Part shown: positions 54,740-64,000 of the stretch, one piece after another
How the letters are laid out: every line of letters starts with the position of its first letter
Numbering within the stretch: position 1 is the stretch's first letter
From: the human T2T-CHM13v2.0 reference genome, Homo sapiens
Length of the DNA: 64,000 bases
Assembly (NCBI RefSeq): GCF_009914755.1
Contig: NC_060925.1
Strand: one strand, 5' to 3'
Position numbers and translations under genes: made by a program
The notes under the pieces: model-generated
Seen by the model: the letters and a program-made list of their open reading frames with translations, nothing else
The model's database searches: none
What the model was told of the DNA's origin: nothing

Positions 54740-54930
54740 AGTAGTTATAGATGCTTGGCAATATATAAGAACTTTATACTCATTATTTAAATCACACAAA
54801 CACCCTCTGGGGTAGTTTCTGTTGTCCTCCCTAGTTTATATATGAGGAAAGTGAAGCAAGGAACAATTACCTTGCCTAAGGCTACATGGTGACATGATGT
54901 GTGAGTGGGAAAACTGCGTGTTAATTTCCA
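54740..54930 (-). mobile_element. MIR
   Basis: CTCATTATTTAAATCACACAAACACCCT...TATGAGGAAAGTGAAGC...TTGCCTAAGGCTACATGG. Confidence 0.65.
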
Positions 54931-55054
54931 GTTTGTGATATTGGCACATAATTCTACAGTTCCTCTGGGACCAAGTGAGGAAAGTGAAAGCTCGTTTAAA
55001 AGTGTGAAGCTATCACAGAAATGAGCTATTTCTACTTCCCTTTCATTCCCCTAG

Positions 55055-55129
55055 GTCATTCCATTTGCTGCTGACTGTGACCTGGATGAGTGCACCTGCC
55101 GGGACCCCAAGGCAGAAGAAAATCAGTAA
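55055..55129 (+). CDS. PAPPA2: Pappalysin-2 terminal coding exon (about exon 23): VIPFAADCDLDECTCRDPKAEENQ*
   Basis: tttcattcccctag|GTC acceptor, TAA at 55127-55129; pappalysin C-terminal C.CRDP motif. Confidence 0.97.
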   Translation, partial: VIPFAADCDLDECTCRDPKAEENQ

Positions 55130-58100
55130 CTGTGGGAACAAGCCCCTCCCTCCACTGCCTCAGAGGCAGTAAGAAAGAGAGGCCGACCCAGGAGGAAACA
55201 AAGGGTGAATGAAGAAGAACAATCATGAAATGGAAGAAGGAGGAAGAGCATGAAGGATCTTATAAGAAATGCAAGAGGATATTGATAGGTGTGAACTAGT
55301 TCATCAAGTAGCCCAAGTAGGAGAGAATCATAGGCAAAAGTTTCTTTAAAGTGGCAGTTGATTAACATGGAAGGGGAAATATGATAGATATATAAGGACC
55401 CTCCTCCCTCACTTATATTCTATTAAATCCTATCCTCAACTCTTGCCCTGCTCTCCGCTCCACCCCCTGCCAACTACTCAGTCCCACCCAACTTGTAAAC
55501 CAATACCAAAATACTAGAGGAGAAGTTGGCAGGGATACTGTTAATACCCATTTTGAATGGATTGCCATCTTTCAGAGCTTGTCTGCTCTCAACTGGCTCT
55601 TTTTCTTTTTGTGTAGTTTCCCTTAAATAATGAAGTTAGTTATTAATTCTTTATAAGTATTTAAACATAATTATATAAATATATTATATATATTATATTT
55701 TTTGCTGTTTACTAAGCTAAAAATTATTCATTGTTCCACACATGCTGCTGTGAAGTTCACATTCAAGATGAATGTTGAGACTTTGAGGACAGAAAGGCAA
55801 CTTATTTTCCCATCTTTCTATGGATGCGGATTGGCAGGTTGAATGGGAAGTACAGAAGGAGAGAGAGTAATTAGATGGAATTCTGGATGCTAGCATGTAA
55901 AGCTAATCATCTTTTTTTTTATGACCTGGGAGCTGGGCCCATTTTATGACCAAGGAGATGGGGAGTTGGAATGGTGGTACTAAGAGGCATAGGAAGTTGA
56001 GTGTGAATACCATTGGTGATGGGTCCAGGAGAACTAGACTATGGTTCTTGAATATCTGTCCACAAAGAATATACTAACTTTTGTCAACTTCTCAGAACTC
56101 CCAACTGGAGTCGGTGAGACCTAGGATTTTCTGCACTTCCACACATGCCTGTTCCAAGTGTGGCTGTCAGCCAGTCAACAAGTTTGTACTATGGCCCATT
56201 CTCTGATCACCAGGATTACAGGAACTCACACACTCCTCATACTTGGCCTGTAGTCCTACTTCTTGTTAGAAGTCTCCAAGTCTGGCCAGTCACATGACCA
56301 AGTGTTGATTTTTCTGGAGGAAAAATTTTATGGAAATGATATAGGGGAAAGGTGGGAGGAGATGAAAGAACAGGCAAGAGCTGTCAGGGTTAAATCCAGG
56401 CCCGGGCATGAGAATGGAAGTGATCAGGGAGACTCGGTCCTTGTTCCAAGTCTCCAAAGAAGACCAAAGTGGGTCCCTTGAGCAATGAAGAATCTGAGAT
56501 AAATTCTCTTCAAGTATCATGTACAAAATCTGTGAGCCAGAGATTTTGACTTGAGCAAGCCATGGAAATGCATGGAGCAAGGGTGACACTCTGTGGGGAG
56601 ACAGAAGAATTTCAACTATTTAATGTCCATTTTGTTTTTACCCTTTCTTATCCAATAGATGGAATGCACATGAAATGACCATATTAAGCCTCTCTCTATT
56701 TACATCCCAGGCTCACTGGGATGTGATCTACTGCAGTTACATTTTCTTGTAACGGTTTCTGGATTAGACCCTAGGGAAAGTGAGTAAGGAGCCAGTTTCT
56801 GTTTAACATTCTAGTTTTACTCATTTTAGGAAGGCTGTGAGTGAGGCTTGTCTCCTTTAAAGTTTCTTCTCCAATGGAAACCAAGAACAGACAAAATTTA
56901 GAGCTCAGCTGTGGTCTCTTCTCATCTTCTGCTCTTTTGCTTTGACCACAGTTTTTCTACTCTTCCCATCAACACTAGAGCAATGGCTGTGCAAATAGGA
57001 ATAGGAAATACTACCACAATGATAGAAATATTATCCACACTATCACGTAGGGAAGAACAATATCCTGAAAGAGAATAAAACACGAATAAGGTGATGTACC
57101 CACATTAATCTGTGGGTTTGTGGAATGAGGGTTGCAAAGTTATTGGGAAAAGGAAAGAGCAGAGTTCACCCATTCAAAAAAAACCTTTTGTCTACTAATC
57201 TCTAGTGTAAAGAAAATGTAGTTCAGATACCATTCATTGTCTTGGGTCATGCTTAGTGCCCCCAAGAAGACAAACATATTTATTCTTGGGATTCTGATAG
57301 GCTTCAATATGCAAAGGACAATGGAAAAGTTTAGACACTCTATTTTCAAAATTTTATAAACTTGTTTTATTGGGGAAAATGTCCAAATTGCTAGACACAT
57401 TCTAAGTTCTGCCTTGGAGAATCCTACTTTGTCTGAGATTGAGGCAGAGGAATTGTTATCCTGGGCATTACTCAGCTCAGGAACATGGAGCCTGTGGTTC
57501 ATGCCAGTGTGTGTCTTCATGCAGTCTCTCCACAAGAGCAACAGTAAGAACATTTCTGTTTTAAATTTCATTTTAAAATATTTTATTATCTGCAATTCAC
57601 CACTGCTCTGGGAAAGCAAAAGGAAAGTTCCTGTTGTGTGTGAAGAGCCTCTTAGGCTATAAGGCTTCCCAGCCATAGTCAGCTATAGCTATTCAGAGAC
57701 AGCAGGTTCTTCCAGTCTTTGTTCCTGGGACCTGATGTTTTGAGCAACTCAGGTCACTGATAAAGTGGAAGGACTAAGACACTGTGGTCACAGATCCCAG
57801 CAACATCAACTCACACTCAATCCATGTGGTGGTCCACATTCTGCTACTCTTATCCACCCATGTGGTCATTGAGAGCCTTTCTCAGAGACTCTTCTGTGTG
57901 TTTGATTGTGCCCAGGTGGCCCAGGGCTAGCTGGCTCTAACAACTAGCATGACAGCCTCCAATCAGAAAGGCAGGTAAGGGGACAGGGTGAGGAGAATGG
58001 GCAGATACTGACAGAAATTAAAGTAAAGGGATTGTGAAAGTAAAGAGCTCTTCCTGATTCTCATCTTCTCTTTTTTCTATTACAAGGCATTGAACTTGGC

Positions 58101-58275
58101 ACTTCCTGTATTCTTTGTGATCACTATTGAGTGCATTAGTTAACACCCAAGGGGATGGCTTGATTGGGAATGTAGTGAAAGGAGCTGATCTACTGTATTG
58201 TAATGTAAAACAGCTACAGCCAGTTATTTTGTAAGATTATAAGTTGTTCATTAAAAAATCAGCACACAAAATATG
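55130..58275 (+). other. PAPPA2: PAPPA2 3'UTR (about 3.1 kb; 3' end approximate)
   Basis: Repeat-poor sequence between the stop codon and the best-supported poly(A) signal. Confidence 0.75.
57074..57079 (+). terminator. Possible proximal poly(A) signal AATAAA
   Basis: Canonical hexamer in the UTR, GU-rich TGTGGGTTTGTGG about 30 nt downstream. Confidence 0.4.
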
Positions 58276-58305
58276 AAGTGTCTTTGGTGTTTGACTCTTT
58301 GTTTA
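58171..58305 (+). terminator. Poly(A) site: ATTAAA at 58250-58255 with upstream UGUA cluster and downstream GU/U-rich element
   Basis: TGTA at 58171, 58194, 58199, 58204 and 58230; downstream GTGTCTTTGGTGTTTGACTCTTTGTTT. Confidence 0.78.
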
Positions 58306-61300
58306 AATCATTTCATCACTTTCTAATCACTTTCCATTGTCTTGTGCCAGGTCCAGGCAACAGTCATTATTTATTTGATTGATTGGTCATTTCTTTTAGC
58401 CACTTAAAAACCATTTGTTAAGTAAATAGGATGTGTAAGGAAGATGAATATGAAAGTTCATAAGAAGACATGGCATATATGAAAGTAGAATGTGAGGTAG
58501 GAATGTCAAATATCTCATGAGTTTTTAAATAAAGTGTAAGAATTACTTACAGTTCAGAGGAAGTAGGGTTTATTCCTGGATGCCAAAGGTAGGCAGCATT
58601 TGGAAAATGGTTGGGAAGGATGCATATGATCTGACAGGCAGAAATGGGGGTTGGGAGAGGAGAGTCCAGGCAAGGTAAACAACATAGTTGAAGCTGTGGA
58701 AGTAGGAATGGGATAGGCTGTGCATTATGGAACATCAGTGAGGCATCCAGCTTAGCTGGAAGATAGAACTAAGCTAGCATGTACCATACATTTGGTAAAT
58801 ACAGAATCTTACTTAATTCTTACAACAGATCTGCAAATAGCATATTCTCACTTCACAAATAAGAACGCTAAGCCACAGTCTGGTAAAGAAAGTTCTTCAA
58901 GGTCATATGAAGGGAGTTAACCTGGTTCTGTGGGACACCAAGATGTTAGAAGGAAAAGAAAAATGGTGATTAATAGGATGGAGAGAGGTGAAAAGAAATG
59001 TCAAGGGATGATGCCTCTGCATTAAATACACAATCTGAAAGCTTATCAGCCCTAACAGAAGAGGGAAGCTGGCAGGAGCAGGCTTTTAAAGAAAGAGTAT
59101 TCATTTGCTCTTTCAATAAACTTGGGTTGAGGGCCAGATAGGAAATGCCATCTAAAGCAGTGTTCAGAACCCTAGAGGAGGCTTCTGCAGTTGGGGCCGG
59201 TTTGCAGAGTTTTCTGGCCACACCAGTCACCACCTGGCTACTGGAAGGGCTGGGCAGATATCTCAGCACACCTATGAGCCATTTGGAAAGAACTGTGGAA
59301 TGGACAGTTGGAAATGTGAGCTTGGACTTGGGAGACAGGTTTGTGGTTAGAAATAAACATTTGAGAGAGAAAAAAAGCATTTTCTTTATGGTTTACAAAG
59401 TGCTTTCATATGATTTATGGCTACCCACAGGTTAGGCAGAGCAAGGACAGTTTTGTTTTGTTTCTTTTCATTTTACAGATGAAGAAACTGAGTGTCTGTG
59501 AGGTTATAGGAAAATTTAAGTTCACATATCTAAGTGCAGGTTGGGGTGGGAATCCAAGATCTCTGTCCTCAAATGTAATCTTTTCTACTGCACAGTGTTC
59601 AGCCTGCTAGGCCCAAGAGTGAACCCAGATCCATTTGCAGTGGGAAAGTTTAATGTCTTTTTACCGGTTTATGTTTCAAGGTGCTCATTGCTTTCCTTAT
59701 GGCTTTCTTAGTAGCTAAGCCTATTTTCTCTCCTGCCTGTTGTACATAGCAAATGGTAGGAAAACTGAGGGCAAACCTTCTTGAGCACCCTTCCAGGGCC
59801 CTCTCCTCATGCCAGGCCCTGAGTATAAGCAGATGCCCTTGCACATACCAGTTAGGCCAGCTGGACAGAAATGTCTGGCAAGGCAGCTTTTTCCTTAATA
59901 GCTTCCCTGGGGAGAGTCCTGGACAGAGACTTTGGAGCTCTGGTTTCCATTGACTGACAAACTTAAATGACATGATGAGTCATCTGTCAGCTGGGAGACT
60001 CTCTCTACGCTTAGATTCAGGCCATCCAGATGATGAAGGGCTTAGGGTAGGGTTGGGTGAGGTAATGAGAAGGGCTCCAGGGCATCTCTGAAGCTGACTT
60101 TGGGTCATTTCTTTCTATGTCACTCCAGAAGGACCACTGAAATACTTTTAATATTTCAAGTTTCCCAGTGGTTAGCTCAGAAGAAAAGGGTGGTGGTGGT
60201 GAGAATCTCGTATCCCATAACGGTCCATGCCCATAAAAGCTTCTACATGTGCCTGGGATATTTGGCCTGGCAAAATACAAGACTAGTTTAGAAAATAGAT
60301 GGTTATTCTCAAATCTCCCATAGTGTGAGCCTACCTGAGACTGAGTACATCTTTTCTAGTCAGAATTGAGTCTGGTAGTTAATGCACTATGGTGTGTGAT
60401 TTGCCACATTTGGCTCCTTGCTGAAGACGGTTGGTTTTTCATTTTTAATCTGGTCCTGCCACTCAATCTTTAGGTTACATTGCTATGAGTTAGCAATGAT
60501 GAAGTACATTCTTGAAAGAAATCTACAAGTCAAATTTATATTCCAAGTGAGTATAATAAAAACATCTCTAACCCCTGAAAGATAGTTCCGAGTAATAACA
60601 ATAGTTCACATTAATTGCAATTTGCTAATGTTCTACAAATTCAATGTTCTTCTAAGGATAATTTAATAGGGACAAGCTTCCTTTCCTTTGTCTTTGTCTA
60701 CACAAAAGTCAAATATTCAAATGTAAAGAAAAAATAAGTTAAAAAAGGGACAGTGTTGACTTTTTAATGATTACCAATTATGTTGCGTCAATGTGACCTT
60801 CTGAAGGCAATTGCCAGTTTAAAAATGTTTATACACATAAAAGGCTGTTAAAGTTAGAGAATTTCCCCATACCACAATTTAATACGTGCAACTCAAAATG
60901 CTTCCTGAATAGTTAGGCAAGTTATCTTAGGGTACAAAGGACTTCCAAGTAATGACTTTGTAGGTAGCGAATCAATAACTATTAGAATAATCTGTAAGAA
61001 AATTTCTATAGCTTTTTAGAATATCCAAGTGGTCTTCACAATGGGGAAATATTACTTATTAACTCAACATTGTTCATGCTTTCTCTACCTTGATAGGTGA
61101 CCTGGCACAGGGAGGCTGGGGGCAGGGATGACTGAGCCTGGACCTAGAAAGTCAGTATGTAAGATGTATTGGTGACTTGTGATCCATGGGCAGCAACATA
61201 ATGATCTGCAAGGATGACAACTACAAAATTTCAAGGCTGACAAATCTGAGTTTGAATTCTGGGTCCATTACTCACTAGATAAGTCATCTAGTTACTGAAT

Positions 61301-61439
61301 CTCTCTGGGCCTCAGTTTCCTAAATATCTACTTTTGCAGCCCCATACCCAGCATAGTGTTTAAGAAGTGCCAGACAGAAAGGGGTTAAAGAGTGATTGAT
61401 GGAGATTATATGTATAGATTATTCTCTCAAAAAGTTTGC

Positions 61440-61723
61440 AGTTGGGTGTGGTGGCTCACACCTGTAACCTCAGCATTTTGGGAGGCTGAGGTGGGCGGAT
61501 CACTTGAGGTCAGAAGTTCGAGACCAGTCTGGCCAACATGGTGAAACCTCCTCTACACTAAAAATACAAAAACTGAGCCAGGCACGATGGCACACACTTG
61601 TAATCCCAGCTACTCAGGAGGCTGAAACAGGAGAATCGCTTTAACTTGGGAGGCAGAGGTTGTGGTGAACTAAGATTGCACCACTTCATTCCAGCCTGGG
61701 TGACAGAACAAGACTCCATCTTA

Positions 61724-61753
<30 letters not shown>
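61440..61753 (+). mobile_element. Alu (AluSx-like) with (CAAAA)n tail
   Basis: Full dimer; TSD AAAAGTTTG on both sides. Confidence 0.92.
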
Positions 61754-61754
<1 letters not shown>

Positions 61755-62162
61755 GTTTGATGGTGAAGAAAAGGAAGTCAGGGGGGTGGGGGAGTGGAAT
61801 TGCCCTTTTGTGGCTTCGAATTCTCAAACACCATGCTTCTCTGACATTAGAGAGACTAAGATGTGTGCCATCATTAGTTACGTTCTCCAGGACAGTTAGA
61901 ACAGATGGAGACTCCCAAGTGGTTTGGCTGCCAGGAGATGTTCTATCCCACTGATTCAGAGAGAAGCAAAATGGATCTGTAGGGTAAAGGTGGTAAAGCA
62001 TGGAGCTGAGGAAAAGGAAGCGGGCTAGGGGAAAATTTTGGAGTTGGCGGGAATGTTGGTTAACTCAGATGGAATATGCCTGTAAAATTGCATTAGCTAT
62101 GTGGAACACTGGTTATTTTCTTCAAAAGACAATTGAATTGCTGAATTTATCCAGTTACACAA

Positions 62163-62361
62163 TAGCACAGTCCAATGCAACTTTCAACAATGATAGAAAT
62201 GTTCTACATCTGCATTGTCTGATGTGGTAGCCACTAGGTACTACAGGTTGCTATCTAGCCTTTAAAGTGACCAATAAGACTGAAAAACTGAACTTTAAAT
62301 GTTACTTAATTTCAGTGGTTTAAATAGCAACATGTAGCTAGTGATGTCACCGGCCAGTACA
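62163..62361. mobile_element. MER3-like hAT-Charlie element
   Basis: GTCCAATGCAACTTTCAACAATGATAGAAATGTTCTACATCTGCATTGTC...GGTAGCCACTAG...AATAGCAACATGTAGCTAGTG. Confidence 0.72.
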
Positions 62362-63064
62362 ATTCTAAACTATTACGCACATATATAATTCAATTTGCTT
62401 TTTAAATCCTGCTACTTATATCTCATGGCTACTGTAATGTTACATCATGCTTGGGTGGATATTTTGGGTTATATTATTCTAGTTTGGAAAAGTATGTTTA
62501 ATAAATCATCTACAAATTATACACCCAGACACCTGAAACCATAAATTAAAAAAACAAATAAAAAGATCTCTTACTGGCTTGTAGCTTTCATAAAGCCATT
62601 TTTTAGTGGCTGAGATAGGTAGTCATGCCTGGGACCCTAACTTTGGGAGGTCAGACAGTGACTGGAGAGCAGTGCAGCACTTAATATAAGTGAGACATGA
62701 GAAATATTGAGAGAGGCACAAAGAAGTCCAAGATGGAACATCCAGTAAGTGGCAGAGCCAGGATTTGGACCCAGTAGTCTGGTTCTAGGGTTTGTGCATT
62801 AACCCACCATGCTCTATTACGACACTCCATTTCCTGAGAAACCACACGTATAAAGCACCATACTTAGTTTTGCAGGTTCTTAGGCTTGAAAGGGTCTCCA
62901 ATAGTCCCTTATTATTCACTATAACATTCCTTCCAGTGAATTGTCCTGCTTCATTATGAATTCACCTCGTATCAAGAAACTCGCTATCTCCCAAAGCTGT
63001 GTGTTTTATATCTGGCCTTTTCTGACTTTAATGAAGTTAAAAATACTCACATAGCTGATAATAT

Positions 63065-63548
63065 CATTATTTTAGCCAATATATTTTTGTTGAACAACTA
63101 TTACATCCCAGGCATTAGGGATACTGTAGTGAGTAAAACAAAGTTTCTGTCCTCAAGAAACTTGAAGTTGAAGGAGACAAATAATAGGCAACAAATATGT
63201 ATGCCAGCTGTTGAAGATTGCTATGGAAAAAAAAATGCAGTAAGTTGGGGTAAGGAGTTTCAGGGCTGGAGAGGAGCTAGTTCACATAGGGAAGGTCCAT
63301 GGATGCTTCTTGGAGATGTGAAGGGAGTGAGGAAATGAGCCAAGTGACACCTGGGAGGGAGAATGAGCCAGGCACAGGGAACAGCAAGTGTAAGGTGGGA
63401 GAGACCTTCGTGTGTGTGAGGAAGACCACTGAGACTGGTATGGCTGGAGCAGAATGAGGGAGAGAGGTGAGGTCAGAGAAGTATGGAGGGGTGGAGGGGA
63501 CCATGGAGGGTCTTGTCAGCTATGGTAATGACTCTGGCTTTTACTCAG
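63065..63548 (-). mobile_element. L2a 3' portion
   Basis: TATTTTTGTTGAACAACTATTACATCCCAGGCA...GGCACAGGGAACAGCAAGTGTAA...GGCTGGAGCAGAATGAG...GGCTTTTACTCAGAG. Confidence 0.75.
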
Positions 63549-64000
63549 AGTAAAATTGTTTTCTACAGCAGTTTCTCTGTACTTGTACATAATCCATGCA
63601 TATCCTTCACGTCTTTCACATCCATCATCTTCCTTTCCATCTGCTGTGCTCTCACTCTGGCTGGGGCTGGCATCGCTTCTGGAACGGGCCATGGTAAAGT
63701 CTCCAAGCAAGTCCTCTTCACCTGCCTCGTCCCCCTCTGATCCATTCCAGCACAGTGAGTCCACACTGTTCCTCTGAAAGCACAGGTCTTGTGGAGTCAC
63801 CCATTACTCATGGAAAGAGTTTGCTGTCTCTGTGTGCCCTTAAGGTTTGAACCTTAACAGACCTTTTACACTGCACAGCCAACCTTTTACACTGACCTCC
63901 CCCTACTTCTGAACAAATACTCCATTCCTTTGCCAAAGGTGATACATCCCCAGTCCCTGAAGTTCCCACTTTTGTGCTCATGTTATTTTCTAACCTGGAG

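Noticed and set aside
63861-63894. 13-bp direct repeat ACCTTTTACACTG
   Set aside because: Only two copies with an 8-nt spacer; consistent with trivial slippage
58300-64000. ASTN1 3' exons (recalled convergent neighbour of PAPPA2)
   Set aside because: No astrotactin coding sequence recognised; it probably lies beyond the window

Overview
Human (or closely related great-ape) genomic DNA, AT-rich and dense in Alu, L1, L2, MIR, MER and LTR repeats. It contains the 3' end of PAPPA2 (pappalysin-2, pregnancy-associated plasma protein-A2) on the + strand. Six coding exons (2525-2693, 4050-4185, 6263-6372, 12744-12815, 52848-52946, 55055-55129 incl. TAA) have canonical AG/GT boundaries and compatible phases. 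They splice into 219 codons: end of Sushi/CCP3, CCP4, CCP5, LNR3 and the C-terminus ...CRDPKAEENQ*. A ~40 kb intron lies before the LNR3 exon, a ~3.1 kb 3'UTR ends at an ATTAAA signal near 58250, and ~5.7 kb of downstream flank follows. Nearly all ORF-track entries are repeat-derived, low-complexity or chance ORFs. I see no prokaryotic-type or wholly new gene system. The best leads are RNA-processing and retrotransposition structures: (1) an 85-nt candidate cassette exon at 15622-15706 that is open in the PAPPA2 frame and would delete LNR3 or trigger NMD; (2) a well-formed 112-nt candidate intron in the 3'UTR; (3) a ~140-bp young L1 with a 15-nt twin-priming inversion; (4) inverted Alus bracketing two exons (circRNA candidate); (5) a 178-codon antisense ORF with strong Kozak context in the 3'UTR. 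Exon numbers (18-23) and repeat subfamilies come from recall and by-eye matching. Boundaries of old repeats are approximate.
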